Virus genome (UHGV): UHGV-0218015
Length of the DNA stretch: 64,000 nt
Strand: one strand, 5' to 3'
Origin: a virus
Positions 46,910 to 55,568 of the stretch are shown one piece after another (position 1 is the first letter of the stretch; every line of letters starts with the position of its first letter). A program made the translations under genes and the position numbers. Below the pieces are notes generated by a model that saw only the letters and a program-made list of their open reading frames with translations, did not search any database and was not told where the DNA came from.

Positions 46910-47500
46910 ATGGCCGAACGTTGGACTAAAGAAGGTATTATTGAATCAAAAACAGATTTAGAGGGTGGGTACGTCAATGACCCTGACGATAAAGGTGGGG
47001 AAACCTGTCACGGGGTAACACTGACAACTGCACGCGAATACGGGTACAAAGGAAGAATGAAAGATCTGACCCGTGCGCAAGCGTTTGATATTTACGATCG
47101 TGGTTGGTGGAAGAAACTTAAACTCGATGAGATTTTCGCTATCTCGCCGATACTCGCCGACAGGATGTTTGATTTTGGTATTAACTCTGGTCGTGTTAAC
47201 TGTGTGAAATCGTTACAACGTATTCTCAACGTTTTAAATAACGAAGGGAAACTTTACGCAGATATTGACACCGATGGTGGTATGGGACCTAAAACACTAG
47301 GTGCTCTGAATGCTTATCTGAATTACCGTAAAGGCGAGGGATTAGGCATCTTAATCTTTGCGTTAATCTCACATCAGGTAACCTACTACACGGAAATCTC
47401 CGAAAAGCGTAAGAAGAATGAAAAATTCGCTTACGGCTGGTACGGACGCGTGTACAGGGAAATGCCGGATTATGTAGTGAAGGCGGGGTTAGTAAAATGA
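46910..47500 (+). CDS. endolysin, glycoside hydrolase family 108 (lysozyme-like) with C-terminal peptidoglycan-binding domain
   Basis: LEGGYVNDPDDKGGETCHGVT matches the GH108 catalytic-site signature; AGAGGAGTTAAAGAAA-ATG RBS. Confidence 0.8.
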   Translation: MAERWTKEGIIESKTDLEGGYVNDPDDKGGETCHGVTLTTAREYGYKGRMKDLTRAQAFDIYDRGWWKKLKLDEIFAISPILADRMFDFGINSGRVNCVKSLQRILNVLNNEGKLYADIDTDGGMGPKTLGALNAYLNYRKGEGLGILIFALISHQVTYYTEISEKRKKNEKFAYGWYGRVYREMPDYVVKAGLVK

Positions 47501-47601
47501 ATTGGTTTGCTAAACTCTTAGCACTATTGTGGAAAGCGTTAACGTCTGGACGGAAACGTAAAGACGAAAAGCGTGGGTACGAATTTTTCTGGTTTCTATA
47601 A
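47497..47601 (+). CDS. small hydrophobic peptide (34 aa), candidate lysis accessory (holin-like or spanin-like) protein; not in ORF track
   Basis: ATG overlaps endolysin stop (ATGA); MNWFAKLLALLWKALTSGRKRKDEKRGYEFFWFL, amphipathic N-terminus and basic C-terminus. Confidence 0.3.
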   Translation: MNWFAKLLALLWKALTSGRKRKDEKRGYEFFWFL

Positions 47602-47616
47602 GGGAAGGTGTGGGTA

Positions 47617-48282
47617 ATGGAGAAGCTTCAATATAAACGTTTAGACAATAAGTGGTTTGTATTAACGGAGGATTACCATTATCCGTTTACGTTACGCGAG
47701 ATTTATCACGACCACGTACACTTAGACCGTGCGGTTTATTTAACGGGTGTATTGCCTGACACGCAACTGTGGTTAACAGCACCGAAAGGGTTCGTTACCG
47801 ATTTAGCGTCAATTCCTGATCACCTCCAGGGAATTTTCCATCCTGACGGACCGTGGGCACCTGCGGCCTGTATTCACGACTTACTCTATCAAAAATGCAA
47901 CACGGAGCGTAGCTATCCCATGACACCGGGTGGTAACGTTTCGCGTTTCATCGATAAAGAGTTCTCTGACTTAACTTTCCTGCGTATTATGCAGTCGTTG
48001 GAAATCTCGCCTTATATCTGCCAAACATTTTATAAGGCCGTTGTTGAATTCGGCTGGGATGCCTACGTAGATCCTAATGCAAAGCCATCCTACAGCACTA
48101 ACGCGTTTCGTACGTTAGATTACAATCGAAACTATTTATTCGTTCGCGAGTTTAAGGAACCTGCAATCCCTGACCACGAACGTATTGATATCACCACAGA
48201 TTGTCCCGTTAATGTCAAATACCTGAACATCAAACGGGCTTTTCTGTCTGGGAGGGAAGATGTTTCATCCAAATCCGAGTAA
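47617..48282 (+). CDS. hypothetical protein (about 221 aa; ATG 47617 preferred over track start 47608)
   Basis: AGGGAAGG RBS before ATG 47617. Confidence 0.5.
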   Translation: MEKLQYKRLDNKWFVLTEDYHYPFTLREIYHDHVHLDRAVYLTGVLPDTQLWLTAPKGFVTDLASIPDHLQGIFHPDGPWAPAACIHDLLYQKCNTERSYPMTPGGNVSRFIDKEFSDLTFLRIMQSLEISPYICQTFYKAVVEFGWDAYVDPNAKPSYSTNAFRTLDYNRNYLFVREFKEPAIPDHERIDITTDCPVNVKYLNIKRAFLSGREDVSSKSE

Positions 48283-48775
48283 CTTTAAACTCAGAGAGTT
48301 AGTACCACAGTCCTATATTGCCAAATACGGCGATTCCGCAATTCGGTTTATGAATCCGTTGTTAATGATCTCCCTACAACAGATTCGTAATCGTTTCGGC
48401 AGAATGGTGATTAACTCAACTGCCGCACAACAGCGCGGACTAAGAACCTTAGATTTCTTTATTAATCAAGAAAAGCCTAAGGGTGGTAGTTATAAACAAC
48501 GTGCGTTGCAGCTTTACGCCGATTCAGGAAGTCAACACAAATTCGGTAACGCCATTGATGCAACGTTGTTGGATAGCACCGTAAAACAGGTTCACGACTA
48601 TATCGCTGCTAACCCTGACGAGTTTCCGTTCATTCACTTTATTGAATGTGACATCAGTTGGTTGCACATTGACGTTCGTAACCAGCCTAACATTACTTTC
48701 TGGTCACCAAATCGTGGTACTGTGAAAGTTGTTAAGCAAAAACCAATCGATTGGAGCGCCTTAGTCGAGATTTAA
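48260..48775 (+). CDS. putative peptidase M15-family cell-wall hydrolase (171 aa)
   Basis: SQHKFGNAIDA (H-x-x-G-x-A-x-D zinc-binding motif) and downstream WLHID histidine typical of M15 peptidases. Confidence 0.5.
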   Translation: MFHPNPSNFKLRELVPQSYIAKYGDSAIRFMNPLLMISLQQIRNRFGRMVINSTAAQQRGLRTLDFFINQEKPKGGSYKQRALQLYADSGSQHKFGNAIDATLLDSTVKQVHDYIAANPDEFPFIHFIECDISWLHIDVRNQPNITFWSPNRGTVKVVKQKPIDWSALVEI

Positions 48776-48860
48776 CTATTTCTAAGGTGTTTATACCTTA
48801 TTTTGTATAAAGACGCTCAGAATGCGTTTTACGCACGATTTGGCGGTTAAAATGAATATA

Positions 48861-48895
48861 CCCTACTCCCGATAAGGAGTAGGGTAGTTTTTATT
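48861..48895. terminator. terminator hairpin between convergent genes
   Basis: Stem CCCTACTCC / CGATAA / GGAGTAGGG followed by TAGTTTTTATT. Confidence 0.7.
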
Positions 48896-49382
48896 GTTCC
48901 GCAGGATGGAGCATTGTTCCAGTGTCAGACGCTACACCTTCTTTACAGTGGAAGAAAGTAATGCCTTTACCATCACCCGTTTTATATTCTAAAGTAGAAT
49001 ACGCAAACGTTGGCGTTTTTGAAAGTAAGCCATTTACACGATAGTAACGTTGTCCTGTGATAGGATCAATATTCCCATTAACTTTACCTAATAAATCTTT
49101 ATAAAGTTGCGGCGACTCAATCTTGCCGTTTGGCCAAGTGGCTACCCAGTTAGCACCAGTATCGAGTACAGTTACTGACCCTAGCATTATATTAGTCGAG
49201 CTGACGACAGGTTTGTAATTTGCAAAATCTTGCTCTGCACCCATACAGGTGTAAATAACCATATCATGTGGCTCCACCGGCACAGTCGAGAATTGGCCGT
49301 TACCATTCGGTTGTAAGGCACATCCTGCCAATGAAAAAACACCAACCATAACGATAAGAAAACGTTTTATCATACTCTTCAC
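48891..49382 (-). CDS. lipoprotein (163 aa), isolated - strand gene in a + strand region (moron-like)
   Basis: Signal peptide plus lipobox: MKSMIKRFLIVMVGVFSLAG-C; own upstream intergenic region (49383-49514) and downstream terminator. Confidence 0.7.
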   Translation of the reverse strand: MKSMIKRFLIVMVGVFSLAGCALQPNGNGQFSTVPVEPHDMVIYTCMGAEQDFANYKPVVSSTNIMLGSVTVLDTGANWVATWPNGKIESPQLYKDLLGKVNGNIDPITGQRYYRVNGLLSKTPTFAYSTLEYKTGDGKGITFFHCKEGVASDTGTMLHPAEQ

Positions 49383-49514
49383 CTTTTATAAAAAAGTTAA
49401 AGTTAATTAATTTTACAAGCAACCCTTCTGCCGCCTGTCATAACTATTAACACCGCTTCTATAATCCGAACAATACTATGCAAACCACCCATACTACTTA
49501 CGAGGTAAAAAACA

Positions 49515-50045
49515 ATGGCTAAAACTTTTCAACAGCAGCTTATCGAACTTATTAACACTAAAAACAGCTCTCTGAGCTCCGCTCTCACCGTAGCTGATGT
49601 TGACTTTAGTGCTGTCGCTGACTTCACCGGAGAAGCTGGCCGCAACACTAAAATTACTCTGACCGCCAAGGCAGAAAGCCAGAACTTCAAAGGCGAGAAA
49701 GAATTCCACTATACTCGTCTTTCCTGCGACATCGTTGGTGAAGTTGAAGTAACTGCACCTACTACCGATTTCGATTCACCAACGAAAATCCTGGCAAAAG
49801 TTAACGCAGCCATGGCTGAGAAAGGGTACACCGATGACGAGTTCGGTGAAAACGACCTGCAAACTATTTCCCGTGAAGAAGAAGGCAAAACCATTTACGT
49901 AGTAACTGTTGTGGCTGGACACCTGAAGTTCCTGCCAGGTACTGTTGCAACGTATAAAGTTACTCCTCCGGCTATTGAGAAAGTAGTATTGAACGGTTTG
50001 GAAGGTGAACTGGATGGCTTCACCGCACCAGCGCCTAAAGAGTAA
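49515..50045 (+). CDS. member 3 of paralog family (176 aa)
   Basis: FQQQLIELINTKNSSLSSALTVADVDF...NTKITLTAKAESQNFKGEKEFHYTRL parallels 50113 product. Confidence 0.55.
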   Translation: MAKTFQQQLIELINTKNSSLSSALTVADVDFSAVADFTGEAGRNTKITLTAKAESQNFKGEKEFHYTRLSCDIVGEVEVTAPTTDFDSPTKILAKVNAAMAEKGYTDDEFGENDLQTISREEEGKTIYVVTVVAGHLKFLPGTVATYKVTPPAIEKVVLNGLEGELDGFTAPAPKE

Positions 50046-50052
50046 TTGATTC

Positions 50053-50090
50053 GGGGGGGGGTGGTAACCTCCCCCGATATTTCTTTAACT
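50053..50090 (+). terminator. terminator-like hairpin containing a G9 tract
   Basis: GGGGGGGGGTGGTAACCTCCCCC hairpin followed by GATATTTCTTTAACTTTCATTTT. Confidence 0.5.
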
Positions 50091-50112
50091 TTCATTTTAA
50101 GGATTTAAGATA

Positions 50113-50643
50113 ATGGCAGCTACTAACCAGATGATGTTAGTTGCGCTTTATAATGCTGCTAACACAGAGCTACCGCATCAGGTCACTGATAAAGAGGTAA
50201 CTTTTGGTCAACCTGTCGCTCTTGAAAAGGGCGATAAAAATACCAAAGTTACCATGACCGCACGTACAGAGTCTGAAAATTTTAAAGGCGCAATCGAACT
50301 GCATTACGATCGTCTGGAACCTGGCGTTATCGGACGCATTGAGGTAACGGACGATTTGGCTCTCTGGACTGGAGAAAACGAACTACGCGACCGATTACAG
50401 TTCTACATCAATAAAGTAAAACCTGACGACTCTATCGCGCCTGGTGACGTTGAGTACACCACCGAAGACCAGAAAGACGAACACGATAGCGTCACTCTGC
50501 GTACGGTAACTTGTACCGTTACTGAAAAGAACCTCCGTTATAAACCGGGTGTAATGGCAACTTTCGTAATTACGCCGAAAGTTGTTGATAATCGTATTGA
50601 CCTGGCCACCACCGACGGTGAACTTGACGGCTTTACTGCTTAA
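50113..50643 (+). CDS. member 4 of paralog family (176 aa)
   Basis: NQMMLVALYNAANTELPHQVTDKEVTF...NTKVTMTARTESENFKGAIELHYDRL. Confidence 0.55.
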   Translation: MAATNQMMLVALYNAANTELPHQVTDKEVTFGQPVALEKGDKNTKVTMTARTESENFKGAIELHYDRLEPGVIGRIEVTDDLALWTGENELRDRLQFYINKVKPDDSIAPGDVEYTTEDQKDEHDSVTLRTVTCTVTEKNLRYKPGVMATFVITPKVVDNRIDLATTDGELDGFTA

Positions 50644-50667
50644 TCGCTAAGTCAACTACTACAACAA

Positions 50668-50720
50668 AAAATAATAAGTTTACCTACCTCCTTTACGGAG
50701 GTAGGTACTTTTTTATTTTA
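50668..50720. terminator. bidirectional terminator between convergent + and - gene blocks
   Basis: Stem TACCTACCTCC / TTTAC / GGAGGTAGGTA flanked by an A-run upstream and TTTTTTATTTTA downstream. Confidence 0.8.
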
Positions 50721-51387
50721 TCCCCATTTCCAAAGCGTACGCTCGGATGGTATCATAATCACGCCGCTCGGCTAAAAGCCGAAGCTCTTTTTTCTGCTCG
50801 GTTTTCTGCCCATGCAATTTCTGATCACGTTTCACAATCGCTGCCATCAGTTCTTTGCATTGTTCCAACGTGAACGGTTCTATTCGTGCATTCGACGTAT
50901 CCAACCAATATTCCGGGGCGGTTTCAGACTGAATATACTGACTTAACATCTGTCGCGATGCGTCGTCTGTTTGGAAATAACACCCATTTAACTTAATGGG
51001 TGCATAACGCTGTTCCTCATAAAGACGTTCCATCTCTATCATGATTTTCTGAACATCTTGATAGATATAACGTGCAGTTGATCGAACGTTGTTTCGTATT
51101 TCTTCTAAATCAATCTCAAGAACATCAGCGATAAATTCTTTCGCTTTCTGTAGAGTGAAATTAGCCTCAATCTCCGACATATCGTAACTACGCATCTGTT
51201 CGATTGCGGCCTTATCTTCCAACCCATCGATTAATTTGTAGTGTAGAAGCGCACAAAAACCCGCACGACCACGATCCTCGTTGCCAATTCGTTCCATGTA
51301 ATTACCGTGGCGATCGATTGGAAGCCCTCGTGAGAAATAACGTTGACGTATTTCCTCTTTCGTTAAGCCTTCGTCAATAACAGACAT
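50713..51387 (-). CDS. hypothetical protein (224 aa), last gene of the rSAM/Cys-rich operon
   Basis: - strand ORF overlapping upstream gene by 25 nt; ends at bidirectional terminator. Confidence 0.5.
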   Translation of the reverse strand: MSVIDEGLTKEEIRQRYFSRGLPIDRHGNYMERIGNEDRGRAGFCALLHYKLIDGLEDKAAIEQMRSYDMSEIEANFTLQKAKEFIADVLEIDLEEIRNNVRSTARYIYQDVQKIMIEMERLYEEQRYAPIKLNGCYFQTDDASRQMLSQYIQSETAPEYWLDTSNARIEPFTLEQCKELMAAIVKRDQKLHGQKTEQKKELRLLAERRDYDTIRAYALEMGIK

Positions 51388-51935
51388 TCATCTTCTCCTT
51401 TAACTAAACCTAGCTCAATTAACAATTCAAAATCGATTTGGCGAAATTTGTTATCAAAACCAGAATCCCAATCGATGTGTAATCCTTGTCGTTCTTCATC
51501 GGTAAGTTCAGGATAAATTAAATCATGGAACGCTTCACGTTCCTCGTAAAATCCATCGATAGTAGAATCTGGATTCCGCATTGCGTAAATCGTGATGCCC
51601 GGAAAGGATAATCCTAATGCTGTTATAGATTCGACGCTTGGTTCTTGCAAGGCCCTGCGTAATAGCACGATTTTATGTCGTGGAAAATCTAGTACACGTT
51701 GTTCAAACCCAGGATTCCGTTTCTCAATTTCTGTAACTGAAAGATCGGTGAGTTCTGTGCAATACATTGGGATAACTACAGTTACTCCGTGGCGAATTAA
51801 TAATCGTTTAACATCGTCAGTGAAGTCTTCACCATTAATTTGCACATAACAACCAAACAATTTTGTAGTTTCTAAAAATTTTTCCAGAAAACGGAATTTA
51901 CGCTTCGTAATATTGTGGATCAGAATTGGCTTCAT
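51363..51935 (-). CDS. hypothetical protein (190 aa) in rSAM/Cys-rich operon
   Basis: - strand ORF overlapping the SPASM rSAM gene end by 38 nt. Confidence 0.5.
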   Translation of the reverse strand: MKPILIHNITKRKFRFLEKFLETTKLFGCYVQINGEDFTDDVKRLLIRHGVTVVIPMYCTELTDLSVTEIEKRNPGFEQRVLDFPRHKIVLLRRALQEPSVESITALGLSFPGITIYAMRNPDSTIDGFYEEREAFHDLIYPELTDEERQGLHIDWDSGFDNKFRQIDFELLIELGLVKGEDECLLLTKA

Positions 51936-53220
51936 CTTTGGTTTCTCTCAATTGTTTTTCTTTCTGGGTACGTTCACGTACGCAACGAGGGCAATAACAC
52001 ATGCTATTGTCATGAAAATCTTTCACTGACGTCGTGCCCATTTTCTGTTTCCAATATTCCGCAACCATCAACTTTGCAGTTGTCCAGCCGCATTGACGGC
52101 GTTCAGCGTGATAAGCTTTGCGATCTTCTAGCGTCCCTTCTCCATTCTCGTAAGATGCAGCCGCACAACTACCACAAGCGTGCTTCATTGGACAACCTAA
52201 ACAGGTTTCAGGATAGTTGGTGTATTGCGTCTGAATCTCTTCCAGCAATTTCCCGTCATCTAAGCTAACGAATTCCCGGCCAACTAATTCAAATACGGCA
52301 GAACGTGATGTTACGGTTGACATGAAACGGTTACAACCGAAGATCTTACGATCAAATCCTAAGCAGGTCATGTGTGTTAACGTACCGCAGAACGGGCGTA
52401 AACGTTCTGGATTCAAACGTACAGTATCGTTATACAATAACTGATCACGCCAGTTTGGTTCCCAGATAGTATCAAAATCTAACCCGTCTGGAATGATGTG
52501 CGACAAAGTGTTACGTGGGTTGGTGTGTAAGCCCTTCTCAACCCAATAATCAACCACGTCCATCATCTGCAATGCGATTGAAGTAGCCATGCTCCGTGGC
52601 ATAATGTCTTCGAAGGTTACGTTGCCAGAAATAGTTCCGCCGCCAGTAATATCAATTAATGATTTCATTCCAGCAGCATAGAACGGTAACGTTTCCAACG
52701 TAAAGGTCGCTTTTACACCAAGTTCTGCAATACCGACTTCTTTTAAGTAGTTATAGCCCCGCACAGCGGCCTCGTAAGATCCTTCACGAGTTGTTGTAAA
52801 AATCCGGTACTTATCGTGCGATTCGGGCAATCCATCAATAGACACGCCGATAGAAAGCCTGTCTTTCCAACGTTCAATAATTTCTCTATTCAAAGGTCTA
52901 TCTAACAACGTTCCGTTAGTAGAGATGCTAAACATAAACGGCCGATTATGTTTTTCGCATAACTCTTCTGCGGTTTCAAATGCCGCCTTTAATAGTTTAG
53001 GCTGCATAAACGGCTCACCACCGATGATATCGATAACGACCTCGATGTTTGTCAGATCTTTATCTCGTTCAAAACAAGCGTGTAGAAAATCAACAATATC
53101 CGCCGCTTTGTTATTACGGGGATACTTACGTTCGTAACAATACTCACAGTCCAAGTTACACGATAAATTTGTAACAATTTGATAAGTCAGTTGTTTTGGA
53201 TAACTATTTTCTTGACTCAT
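51898..53220 (-). CDS. radical SAM enzyme with C-terminal SPASM-like auxiliary Cys cluster domain (440 aa), putative peptide-modifying maturase
   Basis: N-terminal CNLDCEYC (C-x3-C-x2-C), GGEP SAM-binding motif, C-terminal CGTLTHMTC...GC and CLGCPMKHACGSC (C-x2-C-x5-C-x2-C) clusters. Confidence 0.8.
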   Translation of the reverse strand: MSQENSYPKQLTYQIVTNLSCNLDCEYCYERKYPRNNKAADIVDFLHACFERDKDLTNIEVVIDIIGGEPFMQPKLLKAAFETAEELCEKHNRPFMFSISTNGTLLDRPLNREIIERWKDRLSIGVSIDGLPESHDKYRIFTTTREGSYEAAVRGYNYLKEVGIAELGVKATFTLETLPFYAAGMKSLIDITGGGTISGNVTFEDIMPRSMATSIALQMMDVVDYWVEKGLHTNPRNTLSHIIPDGLDFDTIWEPNWRDQLLYNDTVRLNPERLRPFCGTLTHMTCLGFDRKIFGCNRFMSTVTSRSAVFELVGREFVSLDDGKLLEEIQTQYTNYPETCLGCPMKHACGSCAAASYENGEGTLEDRKAYHAERRQCGWTTAKLMVAEYWKQKMGTTSVKDFHDNSMCYCPRCVRERTQKEKQLRETKDEANSDPQYYEA

Positions 53221-54142
53221 TTTCCGCCCCTCTATTACGCTCTGCCATCACTACACGACGAATGTACTCGTAAGCTTCTACACCTATTGAGGAGGCTAGT
53301 TGGTTACACCCTGCTTTTGTAGTTATTGGTACATTTTTAAGTTGGTTTTCTTCCCCGTCCGCGTCTATCCTGAGACTTTCGCTACAGACATTACAAGCAT
53401 GATCGAAGAATCTGTTTACAATAAAACCGCAGTCTCTAGAATTTAGAACGTTTAATCTTTCTATATTCTCCTGAATTCTAAAATACCCGTAAATAAAGTT
53501 CATAACGTGATCGGGAGATAACGGTTTTGGCATGTTTTTATCTAGTAATAAGGACATGGAACGAAAACCGTAATGATAGATAGCAGTATGTAATTGAATG
53601 ATATCTTCATGCCATCTTTTGTTGGATAAATTCTCCCTCGTAACAACAGCCCAAGTGTTAACATTATTCAAGCTGTAAATTACTTCTAACGCTTCATGAC
53701 AATTATCATCAATAAAGCGCTTAAAAGGCCGTTCGGAAAGATTAAACCCATCGATGCTAACATATATAGCATCGAATTGTTTTAACAACGGTAGATGCGA
53801 TTTACGCATTTTTAAACCGTTCGTGAACATCTGGTGTTTGAGTTCAGGACGGATCGTTTTTAATTCGTCGACAAACGCCTCAATCTTTCGAGTTGCCAGT
53901 AGCGGTTCACCGCCAGTCCACTGAATTTCAGTAATGGTTGGGTTAGACGCCAACGCTTTCAAAATTCGTTCACGTTGAAACTCTCGCGGAGAATCTTCAC
54001 GATGCATGTAATAGGCTCCGCCGCAGAAGCTACAGTCCAGATTACATTTGGATGTAGCAACTACGGACAATACGGTGGGTTTATTGTATAAACGATTCGA
54101 TAACCTTGGCTCTACGTCGGTTGTCATTGCAGGTGAGTCCAT
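53204..54142 (-). CDS. radical SAM enzyme (312 aa), paralog of 56177..57091
   Basis: SKCNLDCSFCGG (C-x3-C-x2-C), QWTGGEPLL; C-terminal C-x12-C-x2-C; three nucleotide-identical patches with the paralog. Confidence 0.8.
   Translation of the reverse strand: MDSPAMTTDVEPRLSNRLYNKPTVLSVVATSKCNLDCSFCGGAYYMHREDSPREFQRERILKALASNPTITEIQWTGGEPLLATRKIEAFVDELKTIRPELKHQMFTNGLKMRKSHLPLLKQFDAIYVSIDGFNLSERPFKRFIDDNCHEALEVIYSLNNVNTWAVVTRENLSNKRWHEDIIQLHTAIYHYGFRSMSLLLDKNMPKPLSPDHVMNFIYGYFRIQENIERLNVLNSRDCGFIVNRFFDHACNVCSESLRIDADGEENQLKNVPITTKAGCNQLASSIGVEAYEYIRRVVMAERNRGAENESRK
53457..53539. repeat. 83-nt patch 100% identical to 56421..56503 (between radical SAM paralogs)
   Basis: CTTTCTATATTCTCCTGAATTCTAAAATACCCGTAAATAAAGTTCATAACGTGATCGGGAGATAACGGTTTTGGCATGTTTTT present in both genes; further identical patches 53782..53818 = 56747..56783 and 54002..54055 = 56966..57019. 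Confidence 0.85.
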
Positions 54143-54149
54143 CTATTTT

Positions 54150-55037
54150 TTAAATATAGCCAATGGATAACAAAGGATCGTCGTAAGCGTTAACTCCAGG
54201 TTTTAATACAAACGGTGAATTGTAAGCCTCAATAATACGATTAAGGTCTTTATAACGCACGTTTAAACGTTCTAGATCCGCTAACGTTACGTTACGTTCC
54301 AATACCGCCGACACTGCCGCTTTTTCTTCATCAGTTAACGTGACTTTCGTCATTAAGAAACTAACAAGTTTCGCTAAATCTGCTTCCGATGACGGATGTT
54401 CACCAATACGTGTTTGAATTAAATGCTGCATCCATGGTTTACGAATACGTTTTGTGATTTCATGTTCATCTGTAAGGGCAACCCATACTGAACGTTCACG
54501 ATCCCACATAAATTTGTAACTGTACGCCATCAGATCTGCTAAACAGTTGATGCCAAGTTCCTCGTAACCTTCTATTTCAATATACGGTTCAGTATCAACA
54601 TAGTTTTTTGTTTCTACAGGAACCAGGGCATAAAAGTACGGGAATGAACCAAGATAGTCTGGAGACCACCAACGTCGTGCTACAGGCTTCGCATTCAACT
54701 CTTTAAATGGCGTAAAGAACAATTCCAAATCTACAGAATTATTCAGAATACCGTCACTAAAGAAATATTTACCGTCAACCAATTTACCGCGTAAATCTGA
54801 ATCACCGGTAAACACCACTACGCTTTCTGCTGTCAGATCGCGTATTTTAAAAGTGTTTTCTACTGAATAGTTATTGCGATCGGTAAAAAAACGACCACGC
54901 ACTTTGGGCCATTCGCCAGGTAACTGGGTTAACAAACGAACTTTATCTTCCAAATGAGCGCGTATTGAATCGGGGGAAGAAATATGAAGTGGGTGGTTGA
55001 AAATTGTTTTATAGGCTAAATGCAAATCGTTTTTCAT
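54150..55037 (-). CDS. hypothetical protein (295 aa) in rSAM/Cys-rich operon
   Basis: - strand ORF, 7 nt downstream gap to rSAM gene. Confidence 0.5.
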   Translation of the reverse strand: MKNDLHLAYKTIFNHPLHISSPDSIRAHLEDKVRLLTQLPGEWPKVRGRFFTDRNNYSVENTFKIRDLTAESVVVFTGDSDLRGKLVDGKYFFSDGILNNSVDLELFFTPFKELNAKPVARRWWSPDYLGSFPYFYALVPVETKNYVDTEPYIEIEGYEELGINCLADLMAYSYKFMWDRERSVWVALTDEHEITKRIRKPWMQHLIQTRIGEHPSSEADLAKLVSFLMTKVTLTDEEKAAVSAVLERNVTLADLERLNVRYKDLNRIIEAYNSPFVLKPGVNAYDDPLLSIGYI

Positions 55038-55049
55038 TGATTACTCCAA

Positions 55050-55568
55050 TTATTTTACGGTCAATCTGACGTTCAAGGTATAGAACCCGCCACGCCATTG
55101 CCTGCCGGTAACTTCAAATTCTGCAGTAAAGCCGTTTGATTTACTCGGTTGCTGCTTAATCGCCATGCTTCCGCCGGAATTACTTAATACTTCTAATGAG
55201 ATAGAAGCAGAAGATGCATTACCGATAGAGTCTATCTTAAAACTAGCCGCGTCTGTAAAATTAACAGTGATACCATTACCCATTGCAACTTGAGGGTAGG
55301 CGTAGGACTTTCCAGACAGTAACGATTTAAAGACCCTTATCGGTTTCTCTCTACCGGTTGACGTTACGCATTGAATAAAGACAGCCCCAGTAGAGAAATT
55401 GATACGAACAGTATCTTTAGCGTGTAGCTTAGACTCAACATAAACAACGGCTTTGTTGTCGTAGGTTGGTCTTGAAGGGGTTGGCGTAGAACCACCGCTA
55501 GAGGGCTTACTTACCCCCCCCCGCCCCCTTACTACAGCTACCGCTGCACGACCAACTACATCCGCCAT
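55050..55568 (-). CDS. hypothetical protein (172 aa) with Gly/Ser/Pro-rich N-terminal linker; 5' end overlaps Cys-rich peptide gene C across a G-homopolymer
   Basis: Only in-frame ATG is at 55568, 62 nt inside gene C; N-terminal codons span GGGGGCGGGGGGGGG (C9-G-C5 on + strand, 55514-55528). Confidence 0.4.
   Translation of the reverse strand: MADVVGRAAVAVVRGRGGVSKPSSGGSTPTPSRPTYDNKAVVYVESKLHAKDTVRINFSTGAVFIQCVTSTGREKPIRVFKSLLSGKSYAYPQVAMGNGITVNFTDAASFKIDSIGNASSASISLEVLSNSGGSMAIKQQPSKSNGFTAEFEVTGRQWRGGFYTLNVRLTVK

Noticed and set aside
49437-49465. Sigma70-like promoter (TATAAT at 49460..49465) upstream of gene 49515
   Set aside because: -10 is perfect but the -35 (GTCATA) is poor; kept only as a note within the moron finding
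51592-52268. + strand ORFs (85 and 117 aa) within the - strand rSAM operon
   Set aside because: Antisense to well-supported radical SAM and accessory genes
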